Below, one piece after another: positions 1 through 11,745 of a DNA stretch of 64,000 nt (position 1 is its first letter; every line of letters begins with the position of its first letter). The position numbers and the translations under genes were made by a program. The stretch covers positions 115,311,146-115,375,145 of the forward strand of contig NC_068985.1 in the NCBI RefSeq assembly GCF_001194135.2, given 5' to 3'. The notes beneath the pieces are model-generated. The model was not told the DNA's origin. It did not search any database and was given only the letters and a program-made list of their open reading frames with translations. Source of the stretch: Octopus bimaculoides. Its lineage: Eukaryota.

Positions 1-626
1 AAGTATAGGATATTAGACACTATAATATGAAGTGCCATACCGTATATCGAGGGATTGTTAGGTGTAAATTATGTTTCAAGAAGACGCTGCAAATCCTCAA
101 ATACAAATATAACACAAATAAATAAAAGGAACTAAGTATTTCTTGTTACGTTGTTCACATTTATTAAAAAGAATTTTAAGGGCTTTCTCAATAAACATGG
201 TATTCGTTAATGTATCCTAATAATACACCAGATGTAGTCTGCTTTTTTGGTCCAGTATTCAGAGTACGTAGTTATATTGATTTGAGTTATCTTTTCTTAG
301 TGCACTTTATATCACACACTTCTTAGGGTTAGCACATATCTAAAATAACAGAACGTCGGTAAACAATTTTGGTAGAGGTATTCTGGCTTTGATAAGAAAA
401 TAATGGCACTTATCACCTCTCTTTCAGCAAAAGTCTACTCGGTCAAATGGGGGAACGATTAAATAATGAGTATTGCTATTTTGAATGTGTTTCTTTTAGT
501 TGTACCATTCTATTTGAAACATGTGTAGGTAAAAATAAAATTGATAATGAATGCATCTTCATTCTCTGCATTCCTTTAGTTTAGTTTACTGATTTTGTTT
601 CGTGTTCTAGCCTCGGATTTACAAAC

Positions 627-661
<35 letters not shown>

Positions 662-1093
662 ATATATNNNNNNNNNNNNNNNNNNTATATATATATATAT
701 ATATATATATACTAATAAATTTTGATGCCCAATGTCTATTATATGTCGAGATGTAAATTTGTTGAGCTATCGTTTTTAAAGTATTCATTTTGAAACTTTA
801 ACCGCTTATACTTACACTTTTTTATTATCTTTGCACACAGAAAAAGATATAAAAGAGATTGACATGACATATCACAATATTCCTCAGAGAACTAATACAT
901 TCCCGTCATTCTATAGAGAAAGAAATCCTGCGGTTAATCGCTTTTGAAACCAAACACAAATGAGAGCTTAGTAATAAATTAGATTAGTTTGCATAGAACT
1001 TTTCTCAGCAGAGCGATTGAATACTTAGTATTTAGGTACAACACAGTCTGTAATAGAATCTTAAGATAAATTTTTGTAAGTGCATATTTGTGT

Positions 1094-1149
<56 letters not shown>

Positions 1150-1727
1150 ATGAAACCGTCAAAGGAGAAGCATCATTCACGAACACTGATCTTCGGATCG
1201 CAGTTGTGAGACACAGGCGGTTAGTGTTTAATTTAAAGAAGTGTATAATAATATTTGTAGCGTAAAGACTACTACAAAGATATGTCATACGTACGCTGCT
1301 TGAGGTCATAGTTTTGTTTTTAGAACATATCGTAACAGTAAATAGAACGTTTGTTGATATGCGTAGAGCTTGGTCAAGCTATAATTAAATAAATAATTTC
1401 CCACGAGTCAGGGTTATATATAATATATTTCTGTAAAGTCATATTTAATAAGTTGGTATACATTCGGATGTGGGAAAAACCTTTCGCGCTGTAGAACTAG
1501 TCTCAGAAGAATATCTCTTCCTATATGATTTGTGTGAACTCACATTAGGCTGAGAATAACGTCAGTGGATTGTTAGGGAACATACTTGACTGTATTCTTT
1601 GATGCCTTTGGCTAGAAATTTTAACAAAGAATATAAAAGTTGAAGAAAATGTCAGGTGGTATTTTTTGTTGCCGCTCTAGCAATGTGGAAGACGAAAGAA
1701 GAAAAGGAGAAAAACTAAGAAATGGAT

Positions 1728-2091
1728 TGCTTTCTAATTGATGTATCAATACCAGCAGATGACAACGTTTCTCTAAAAGAAAATACAAAGACCTGGAAAT
1801 AGAGATGACTCGAATGTGGAATCTAAAAACAGAAACAATTCCTATCATAGTAGGTGCCTTAGGTATAATAAAAAAGATATTCAGACAAATACATAACAAA
1901 AACACCAGGACTTACAAATATATATAACATACAGAAAATTGCACTACTGTGTACTGCACACATTCTACGCAAAACACTTTCAATACAGTAAACATAAGAG
2001 CACCACAGCAAACCACAGCACATACCCAAGGTGCACTGAGCTGCGCTCGGTAGTGAAGTGAAAGCACGTTATAAAAATAAAACTACTGAAC

Positions 2092-2123
<32 letters not shown>

Positions 2124-2184
2124 CAATAGCAATAATAATAGCAATAATAATAATGATAATGATAATAATAACAATAACAATACC

Positions 2185-2250
<66 letters not shown>
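1728..2250 (+). mobile_element. 3' end of an R4/Dong-clade non-LTR retrotransposon (restriction-like endonuclease C-terminus, 3' UTR, (AAT)n tail)
   Basis: Translates CFLIDVSIPADDNVSLK[deletion]KYKDLEIEMTRMWNLKTETIPIIVGALGIIK...QKIALLCTAHILRKTLSIQ* (stop 1989-1991). This is the typical R4/Dong RLE C-terminus. A ~100-bp UTR and ~160 bp of (AAT)n follow. Confidence 0.8.
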
Positions 2251-2254
2251 TGAC

Positions 2255-2450
2255 CTTCCCAGTATAGACACCAGGCCTGAAATTTGTGGTGAGGGGTAAA
2301 TCGATCTCGTTCAACCCCAGTGTGTAACTGCTACTTAATTTATCAACCCCGAAACGATAAAAGGCAAAGTCCATCTCTGGTAAAATTGAACTCAGAAGGC
2401 CTGAAATTTTGGGGGAAGGGGCTAGTCGATTTTATCAACCCCAATGCTCA
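2255..2450 (-). mobile_element. Degraded SINE family C fragments
   Basis: Reverse complement of the family C body (AATTTATCAACCCCGAAACGATAAAAGGCAAAGTC), similar to the copies at 31153 and 35065. Confidence 0.7.
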
Positions 2451-2582
2451 TAGTAATAAAACACCATCTTCCAATCGGTGCTAAACTTAAAAATAGAAAT
2501 AGGGACTATACACACTGACATGTGCACACTGAAACACAGGCGAGCATGCGCACACGCACACATTCACACAGGCACACATAAA

Positions 2583-2832
2583 CAGTAATCCCTCGATTAT
2601 CGCGAGTATTATGTTCCAAAACCTATTTATTAATTTATTAAAATTTAGGAGTAAACATACCTATTTTACCACAGAAATAATTAAAATCTAAAAAAATATA
2701 AATACCTTTCGACCGCAGAAACCCGCTATTTTCTGAAGAATCCACGATATAAATTTACATATATTAGTCAGAAAAAATCCGCGATGTACTGAGTGCGTGA
2801 TAGCTGAACCGCGATAAAGCGTGGGATTACTG
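2583..2832. mobile_element. Tigger/pogo-type MITE (~250 bp)
   Basis: TIRs CAGTAATCCCTCGATTATCGCG (2583) and CGCGATAAAGCGTGGGATTACTG (ends 2832), followed by TA. CAGT-start TIRs with a TA target are typical of Tigger/pogo derivatives. Confidence 0.75.
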
Positions 2833-3715
2833 TATGTGCATATATACGTATGTGCGTGCGTCTATTGTGTGCATATGTGTGTGTTTGTGTGCGTGTATCT
2901 GAGAGAGAGAGAGATTGTGTGTCTGTGTGTGAGAATGTGTGTGTGCATGTATGTGTGTGTATGTTTGTATGTGTGTGTGTGTGTGTGTCTGTGTGTGTGC
3001 ATTTAACTGACGATGCATTTCACTACGCATTGAGATTGAACTCGAGTTCCTTTGATTACGAAACAAACTCTTTAGCTACACAGCCATTAAATTTGTTGCC
3101 AGTGCCACCGAAGCTCCGACACTGATCAGCCTCGTCAGTTTCAGTCCTAGGCTAACGAAACTTCGAAGTCACTGTAGATAGTATTGTTTTAAAATAATTG
3201 ATTCTACATTTGCAGTGTAATGTTTAGTATTTTATGCTTATAAAATCTTTTAAAAGTATAATAAGTATTACAAATGAGTCGAGAGAAAAAAAAGAGAGAA
3301 TGATGAAGGTAAGATGATGATACTCAGAATGAGAAAATGTATGCAAGTAAGCTCGAAAGAAGAAAACCGAAAGAAAAGAGATAGAAAAGAGGAATGCAGG
3401 AAGAAGCGAAGAAATAATAGAAGGTAGCAATAAATATAAAGGAACTTTATCAGGAACGCAAGCAAGAATATAAACTCAATGAATAATAAATGAATGAATA
3501 AATGATGTGAATGAACAGAGTTTAAATTCGCTTAAGTGATTTGTTATTGTGCAGGACTGCAGAAATATGCAGCAAACATTACAAGAATAAGGACCGGGAT
3601 TGTTTCCACAGCAAAACACATTTAAAGAATATGGCAACGAAAATTTAACCTTTAAATGCCCAATATTTGTTACAATTGAATGAATAACGTATAAGTGATT
3701 GGTTTGTCCTCGATT

Positions 3716-3809
3716 ATGTTGCTTTCCTGTGCTGCGGCGCGCACCAATACATTGCTGCAGAAAATTGTGCAATTGTGCATAATACTTGCAATTGTGTTCT
3801 GCAAGAGTG
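3716..3809 (+). CDS. Candidate signal-peptide-like exon MLLSCAARTNTLLQKIVQLCIILAIVFCKS(G), phase-1 donor G|GTATTT
   Basis: ATG at 3716 in a small CpG-containing island, a hydrophobic core and a GT at 3810. No homology evidence; chance hydrophobic ORFs are common in this DNA. Confidence 0.15.
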
Positions 3810-4475
3810 GTATTTTTATTTTCATGAGAGTTATGTGCTGATTCAAATAATTTTTCCAATTTAACTATAGCTGGAATTGAAGCGCATCAGTATTTTAGCA
3901 AAGGACATCGGTGCTACTTAAACTATACAACGAAACGGCTATTGCACCAATGTACTCGAGACCTACTTCTAAGTTTATAGATTTAATAATCTATCTTTGT
4001 AGATCTAATGACGTATCTAAATCTAATAGTTGCTATACTGCATATGGCGTAGTCGCTAGAACGGCGGATAAAATACCCTACAGCATTCGTCTGGGCACTC
4101 TACTCTCTAAGTTCAATTCATGCTGAATGTCAAGAAAATATTTCATCTTCCTTTGTCGAGCTATAAAATGCCAGTGAAGAACTAGGGTCGAGGCTTTCAT
4201 TTTCCCTCTACTCATTCTCGTTCATCCAATTTTCGAATTGGTTGTGTTGTCGCAACGCCTCTTTCTCTAGGAATGAAAAATTAAGCGTGGGTATCAGAGA
4301 CATTTCTTGAAAATAAAATAAAATAAAATGAAAAATATTTCCAGGAATAACTGTTTACTGAAGAAACTCCGATGTGCTTTTGCGTTCAGTCCTACTGTAC
4401 AACACCTTGGGCAAGTGTCTTCTACTATCGCTCCAGTTCGACCTTAAATCTTAAGAGTGAATTTCGAAGAGAAGA

Positions 4476-4712
4476 CGGAATTCCTCACCATATCACGGTT
4501 CACCTATCGCGGTTCACCTATCGTGGTTTATTATCTAAGCTTACGTCGATTCCTCCGTGGTGTTGTATAGCATCTATAATAAAATAAATATATACAAATT
4601 ATAATAATCATAATAATAAGATATACAGTACAGTACTGTTTCTACTTTGCTGATTTTCACCTATCGCAGGGGTTTTTGGAACGTAACACCCGCGATAGTC
4701 GAGGGATTGCTG
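4476..4712. mobile_element. Second copy of the Tigger/pogo-type MITE family, in opposite orientation
   Basis: The right end CCCGCGATAGTCGAGGGATTGCTG-TA reverse-complements to CAGCAATCCCTCGACTATCGCGGGTGTTACGTTCCAAAA, matching the left end of the 2583 MITE. The left TIR is degraded. Confidence 0.7.
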
Positions 4713-4802
4713 TACTTCATTTAATATGGCCTTATTTTTTTAAACACTTGATGGTGTAAATGGTGGTGGAAGGGGGTCTGAATGTTATTTGTAAATATTT
4801 GT

Positions 4803-4930
4803 AGCCTAGTGTTGAGTGTGTTGCCCTCATGACCGAAAGATCATAGATTCGATTGCCGGACTGGGCGGTGCTCAGTGTTCTTGAACAAAGCACTTCATTT
4901 CACACTACCCCAGTCCACTCATCACTAACT
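4803..4930 (+). mobile_element. tRNA-like head plus core of a SINE family D/E copy (truncated)
   Basis: TAGCCTAGTG...GATTCGATTGCC...GTGTTCTTGAACAAAGCACTTCATTTCAC, similar to the heads at 23539 and 23945 (minus). Confidence 0.6.
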
Positions 4931-5445
4931 CAGTTCCAGGAATAGCTGGTCAGTAAACTCTGCAGCGGATCATTCAGTGGGAGTGTGTTTGGAGTGAGGT
5001 GTTGTAATTTCAGTCACTTATACGCTAATGGTACCAGGTCAATCTCTTACTTTATGATTCCTGACACTCATGAGAAATCTAAGTCCTAAGTCCTTTAAAA
5101 CATTCCCATTACTGACTACATAATGACCCCCTGTGTTCATCACTGTCTTTCTCCGACACTCCCCACTTGTATTAGTGGCACATATACTGTATAGCAGGTT
5201 GGCCTCATCAGCCGTAGGTTCACGTTTGCATTCTGGATATTTTTGTGTTTGTTAGTTATTCTTATTGTTTCCTTTGATGTTAATAGTAACCTCAGCAGAA
5301 TAATTAAGAACGTGAAGAAAATGACCTGTAGTATATGATCTAATGAAATAATGGACGATGTATATAGGCAGCGTTGTAGATAGATGGACTTGTTGTGAAG
5401 GGTGGTAGCTAGAGCAGTCTCTGTATATTAGTACCGAGAGCAGTC

Positions 5446-5677
5446 TACTCTTTTACTTGTTTCAGTCATTTGACTGTGTCCATGCTGGAGCACTACATTC
5501 AGTCGAGCAAATCGACCCCAGGACTTATTCTTTGGAAGCCTAGTACTTATTCTATCGGTCTCTTTTGCCGAACCGCTAAGTTACGGGGACGTAAACACAC
5601 CAGCATCGGTTGTCAAGCGATGTTGGGGAGACAAAGACAGACACACAAACACACACACACACACATACACACACACA

Positions 5678-5742
<65 letters not shown>

Positions 5743-5968
5743 NNNNNNNNNNNNNNNNNNNNNNNNNNNNNNNNNNNNNNNNNNNNNNNNNNNNNNNNNN
5801 NNNNNNNNNNNNNNNNNNNNNNNNNNNNNNNNNNNNNNNNNNNNNNNNNNNNNNNNNNNNNNNNNNNNTATATATATACATATATACGGCGGGCTTCTTT
5901 CAGTTTCCGTCTATCAAATCCACTCACAAGGCTTTGGTTGGCCCGAGGCTATAGCAAGCTACTTACCA
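5446..5968 (-). mobile_element. SINE family A (CORE-like, probably an octopus OR-type SINE) with internal deletion and 15-bp TSD
   Basis: Colinear with the full copy at 25421-25829. The central microsatellite runs into a gap and ~60 bp of the head is deleted. CTCTGTATATTAGTA occurs at 5419-5433 and 5969-5983. Confidence 0.85.
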
Positions 5969-7044
5969 CTCTGTATATTAGTATATCATGTTCTATACAT
6001 TTTGTGCAGTATGTATTGAAGCACCTCCATGTGCCTGATTAAACATTTTGGGAGATGTACGTTATTGCAATATGGTTTCTCAGGCTTATACAAGAATTGT
6101 GTAGGCCAAACCTAAAATATATTTCGGAAGCGTTTGAGAGAACGAAATGCATGTGATTTGAAGCAGAGAGATGTGTACGTTTAAAACTTATTTCATGTAA
6201 AGAAGTAAATATTCCTATCTGTTAGGCTGTAAATTTGCAGTTAACAACTGTTGCAGGAGTGAAAGTGTATATAGCTCTGAGAGAAACATTGAGGTTACGT
6301 TTGTTTCAAATATATCAACGCTAAACGTTTGAGAATATTATTAGAATTAAGTGCTGCCATATGGGACCAGGGAACTTCCATAAAAAGACCAAACCAATAA
6401 TAGTTTCTTGGGAAATAATTGTAATATCGGAATACGTTAATGGTAATGGAGCGTCAAAAGCAGCAGGCTGCAGTATTGAGCTGCAATACTTTAGTTTGTG
6501 ATTTCAAATCCCACATGTGCTGGAATCGATTTGGTGTTGCGGGGGTCTATTAAAGACGAACCAATTCAATATTGAGATCGATTGCATGCACTCTTTCATC
6601 CTACAGAACGTTAGAAATACGAAGAGTGGTTGAAAAATATGTTAATTAAATCAAACATAGGCTTGTAACTTTGAATACAAATTATGTTAGTGTGTGTGTT
6701 TGTGTGTGCTTACATATATGCGTGTACGGTGTATATATGTATGTATATATATATATACAGGTAGTGTATATATTTATATATACGTGTGTATGTCTGTGCA
6801 TGCGTTTATATGTATTTTATCCTTGAATAACTATAATGATACACATATGTATATATTTATTTATTTATGTGTTTCAGCCAAGTGGCTGCGGTCATGCTTG
6901 TGCACCACCGTGTATATATATGTGTGCGTGTGTTTTTGTGTTTGTTTGTGTGAATGTACAGGACGTTGCAATTGTGATTATAATCTATCTTGTGTCTATT
7001 TGTAATTTTGGTTTGCATATTCCGATTGGTTTTTATTGATAATA

Positions 7045-7290
7045 GAGGGCTGGGTATGCCGTGGTTACTAATGCGCAGACATGCGCTGAGGTTGCGGCTT
7101 CTCCAGCGTTTCCTCGACGGTGAGCAGGTGTGGTCACCGTTTGTTAGACACGCTTTTCCACAGCTTGTCTCTTTGACTGAGCTGCAATCCTGGATTAGGC
7201 GTAGATCGAGGAGGGGAGCTTGGCACCTAGAGTACCGTCAAGCGCACAAGCCACCGCCAGGCGGGCAAAGCGGTCCGTGGTAGTTCTACT
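7045..7290 (+). mobile_element. Fragment of Tx1/L1-like LINE ORF2 (post-RT region)
   Basis: GC-rich island translating RGLGMPWLLMRRHALRLRLLQRFLDGEQVWSPFVRHAFPQL. It resembles the GGLG motif region that follows RT in Tx1/L1 ORF2; the assignment is from memory. Confidence 0.5.
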
Positions 7291-7349
7291 CTAGCGTTCT
7301 ATAGAGGGCTAGAGGAGGGGAAGTGCGACGACGTTCTCGATGTTGCTAC

Positions 7350-7399
7350 TGCTGCTGCTGTTACTACTACTACTAGCACTAGTACTACTACTACTATTG

Positions 7400-7493
<94 letters not shown>

Positions 7494-7528
7494 TAATAAT
7501 AATGATGATGATGATGATGATGATGATG

Positions 7529-7584
<56 letters not shown>

Positions 7585-7620
7585 GATTATGATAATAATG
7601 ATAATAATAATCACAATAAT
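7350..7620. repeat. Compound trinucleotide microsatellite (CTG/CTA)n-(ATA)n-(ATG)n-(ATA)n
   Basis: Seen directly. Confidence 0.95.
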
Positions 7621-7931
7621 AATAGTGGAATACAGTGATGAACATTGTCGCGGTAGAAGTAATACCTTACAGTTCTTACGTTTATTCAAAGTTACGTGCA
7701 TTTCAAAGTTACATGTATATTAAAGTTAGGTATATTTCAAAGGTTGAAATCATGCTAAGACTTACTATGCCTTTCATCTCTTCCGGGTCCACGAAGCAAA
7801 AACAGTCGCGTACAGTCGTGTACCGTGATTGATTCAGTTGACTTTCTTTGAAGAAATATCTATGACATTTATGCTAAATTCTGAATAAATATTTCCATAA
7901 GGTGTGATCTTCATCAAGGTACTCAGCTCAC

Positions 7932-8055
7932 ATTTCCCGTTGCACAGCGAGATGTTAATTAGGAGTAGTAGCAGGGTGGGGCTAACAAGAGCGAAGCCTA
8001 AACCAGTGTTGTAGTCTCCATACGTATGAAAGATCATATTCATTCGTCGCTGCAT
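7932..8055 (-). CDS. Candidate first coding exon: MQRRMNMIFHTYGDYNTGLGFALVSPTLLLLLINISLCNGK, phase-1 donor T|GTGAGC
   Basis: ATG in GGCGGCATGC context, hydrophobic h-region ending LCNG, GTGAG donor at 7931, non-repetitive CpG-containing island. No homology evidence. Confidence 0.35.
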
Positions 8056-8410
8056 GCCGCCAATTAATCAATTAATATTTAATCATTTTGTGTTTTGGAG
8101 ATCTCTCCCATGCCTTTCTTAACTATAATTGTCATTAGCATTAATTAATAGTCATTTCATTATGGGCGTAATTTCTTTGATTAAAAATTATGTTTCACTC
8201 ACATTAGGAATATTAGTTTGCACTTAACTCGGTGTAAAACGGTTCACTTTTATAAGCAGTGTGAGCGGTGTTGAATTGATCTTCGCCTCGTTGTTGTATC
8301 TTCAGGAGCGTGTCATCACTTCTTGATATGACTAAGGCAAACATGACAATAAACATACTCTTTCTTCCCCCTCTCTCCCCCTCTCTTCTCCCTCTCTCCC
8401 CTCTCTATCT

Positions 8411-8455
<45 letters not shown>

Positions 8456-8566
8456 AACATATACACACACATATACATACATGCATACAATCATACCTAC
8501 GTATAGTTATAATCAGTTCGTAGATGGCTTACTTGACTGATACTTCGAAGTTACTGTCAACAACGT

Positions 8567-8620
<54 letters not shown>

Positions 8621-8786
8621 NNNNNNNNNNNNNNNNNNNNNNNNNNNNNNNNNNNNNNNNNNNNNNNNNNNNNNNNNNNNNNNNNNNNNNNNNNNNNNNN
8701 NNNNNNNNNNNNNNNNNNNNNNNNNNNNNNNNNNNNNNNNNNNNNNNNNNNNNNNNNNNNNNNNNNNNNNNNNNNNNNNNNNNNNN

Positions 8787-8858
<72 letters not shown>

Positions 8859-9774
8859 GTGAAATATATATTTGGATTTACTTGTCATATGTGAAGAATT
8901 TCTTTGGATGATAATACTTATTGGTATCTGATTACTTGATATAATTTACCAAATTCGTTTGTCACTGAGTGCTATATAAATATCTTCATGGATTTAATTC
9001 CAGTTTACTTCTTGTTATGCTGTATACACACACATATACACACACACATATACATGTATATTTGTATGTATATAGTGTACTGTTCCTTGATGGTAAGATC
9101 AACAAAAAAGTACATATATAAATGCGTAACAAAGATGTACAGGTATCAACTCATTACGGCCTTTTCAAGCGACTCATTTAATTGATTAGGAAGTTGCCTC
9201 AATTTAAGTGCCTAATTCAACGGAATCTTCATTATATTTTACACCCCTCCCCCCACATATATAAGGTATCTATGTGCTCGTATAAGTACGTATTTAAGTT
9301 CACAACATTAAAAATGTTTATCTTAGATTGTGTATGCTTGTAGAGTAAAGTATGATCTTAAAATTGATCACTGTAGAATATTTTGTAACAGCAGCAGTAT
9401 CTATATTTCACATAGAGATACATCTCTATTACCACACTATGATATACTTTTAAATGTATACCTTCACGCTCTGATATACTTTCATGAATATGACATTAGC
9501 AGGGTGATCCTCCTGATGGTCTCAGCCAATAAACCGGTTCTGTTCTACTCACAACATAACTCTATAAGTCAACACTATTCTGATATTAAAACAAAATCTG
9601 CTGGACGGTGTCCACGATTTGCATTCGCCTCGAGCAATTCTATTCCCATCCTTGTAGAGTTTGTCTTAAACCGGTACTACCCATCGTTAGCACTGCCAGA
9701 GAAGAAATTTCTGGAGGTTATCCATTGTAGTTCTCTGGACAAAAATGTTTTTCGAAATAAAACAAGCATTTCTT

Positions 9775-10040
9775 CTTCGTAGACGTCGGAAATGTTACGT
9801 ATCCGACCTTCTACTGACTCAGCAATTTCGCAGCCTGATATACAACAATTATCAGAATCGTTTCGACGTTGCAGACACATACATGAAAAGCAATGTATCT
9901 GATGCTCTACCGACTTAGCAATTTGGCTGAGACATATGCAATAATTTTCATTACTATTTCGTCTTCGTAGACGCCTGAAAAGTAATATATCCGACGTTGT
10001 ACTGATTCAGCAAATTCGTTGCCTGATGTACAATAAGTTC
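9775..10040. repeat. Degenerate ~94-bp tandem triplication
   Basis: CTTCGTAGACG...ATCCGAC...ACTGA.TCAGCAA.TTCG...GCCTGAT.TACAA occurs at 9775 and 9963 (188 bp apart), with a more diverged middle unit. Confidence 0.75.
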
Positions 10041-10397
10041 TCACAACTACCGATATACAATAACTTTTGATAATACATCAACACATTATCTATAACAACA
10101 AACACAGATATCATTCCAGAAAAAATAAATAAATAAAAAAAAAAACACCAATATTCGGACTGGGAATATTGGTCGCGTATTATAATATAGCATTTGTTCA
10201 TCTGCAATGTTTTTGTATTTTCGAAAGTGTACGTAATTTCCTACAAGAGAAAGCAAACATTTGATGTATTTTTCAAATCATAAATAATAAATATATTCAT
10301 TTCTAATATTATGACAAGGCTACATTGCACTGGAAACGATAATTAAAGGTTTTGAAGTATGTGCGCGCGCATGTGTGTGTGCTTGCATGTTTATGTA

Positions 10398-10439
<42 letters not shown>

Positions 10440-11119
10440 TGTGTGTTTGTGTGCGTATGTGTGTGTGTGAGAGCGAGAGAGAAGGGGGAGAGGGAGATGA
10501 TAATTATCCATTTAGTTTTATCAATTTTATCCGCATTGATAAATGTTTACCAAAAAACATAAAAGGTCATTGTGTCCTCCACTAGAGATAGCCAAATATC
10601 ACTGATATCGTATCTACGCTGTATAAAAGGAAGGGCGTTTTAGATATGACAGCTAGAGATAATACATTAAATTCTAGTTAAGCAATTTGCATCAGAGTCA
10701 AGTCCTGGTCATGGCATCTCCCGAAAGTGTATTTTCTCTAAGCGTTGAGTCGTGAGTGAAAACGAGTAAGCAGAAACTGTTTGGAATCTTCACAGGAAGG
10801 AATAGCTTTCGTCACGTTCGTGTGACTATGATTTTTTGCCTGAGGAATACAATAGAGTACGAGTGTCTGTGGAGTGCTCAGTCAATTCATGAGTTAATAA
10901 ATAAGTGATGCAACTGGAATAATTCTCTTTGAAACCGACGGTCAACATTATAGTTTATATATATTGAGTATCGTTGGAACGCCACGAATCATATGTCTCT
11001 GAAATGGAGGTCGGACTTAGCCAAATAATGATTTAAAAAATCTACAACAGTCTAAGGAGAATTGTCTTAATAAATGTGCTAGCAGTAGCTACTATATACC
11101 ACCTATAACGTGATTTCTC

Positions 11120-11745
11120 AGCCATCGCTCGGGACTGGCACTCAGCTTGATAGCGACTTTCTGCGTATTGGCGTTTTGCCGGGGCCTGGCTTCCAAGTTT
11201 GTGGGTCTCACAAATGCCGCTCCAGATCCTCTGAGGATTCTTTCGCATAACATTGTCAGGATATTTTAGTGCTGGTCGCCTTCCACGCCAAGCCGCCTTT
11301 AACGAAATCATAAAGCATGACCTGGACGCCGCAGGCTTCCCTTCCAAGCTCGAATCAGCCGGGCTAGACCGAGGGGATAATAAAAAAGCTGACGGTACAT
11401 CAATTTTCCCGTTCCGTGTAGGTAGACACCTCATCTGAGATGCCACATGCAGTGACATCTTCTTCAACGGCAACTTGGTGTGTTCGGATAACAGTTCAAA
11501 CTCCGCTGCTCGTCAAACTGAGAAAAGCAATCTATCAAAGTATCGGTCGCTTCTGCCAGGTTTATAATCCAACCTGTGGTAGTGAAACACCTCAGCGTTC
11601 TCGGCCCCCGGACATATCCCTGCTCCCCGTTACTGAAGAGGATATTGCTGTCCGCAAGTTCGAATCGCGAGAGTCACAGTGGCTGTTCCAGCAAATCTCC
11701 AACACCTTTTCCATTTTGTCTGCTGGGTCTATGAATCGGTCTAAT
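11120..11745 (+). mobile_element. Decayed 3' part of a CRE-like non-LTR retrotransposon (zinc knuckle plus restriction-like endonuclease)
   Basis: With frameshifts: LDSDFLRIGV...VCGSHKCR...FSAGRLPRQAAFNEIIKHDLDAAGFPSKLESAGLDRGDNKKADGTSIFPFRVGRHLI*DATC...QPVVV...VLGPRT...ESQWLFQQIS. This matches the RH..LN.II / GL.R.DGKRPDG / WD / QPVAVET / WL.QRIS pattern of CRE-type RLE domains. Confidence 0.75.

Noticed and set aside
1149-1210. MKPSKEKHHSRTLIF as a mariner N-terminus
   Set aside because: Superficial similarity to SPSKDHIRHVLL only; a stop follows and there is no TIR upstream.
3544-3621. Minus-strand MCFAVETIPVLILVMFAAYFCSPAQ* signal-peptide-like mini-ORF
   Set aside because: It ends in a stop with no credible donor. 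It shows that such peptides arise by chance, which is why the exon candidates are given low confidence.
5196-5340. Plus-strand transmembrane-like stretch VGLISRRFTFAFWIFLCLLVILIVSF
   Set aside because: No start codon, weak splice signals, and T-rich composition explains the hydrophobicity.
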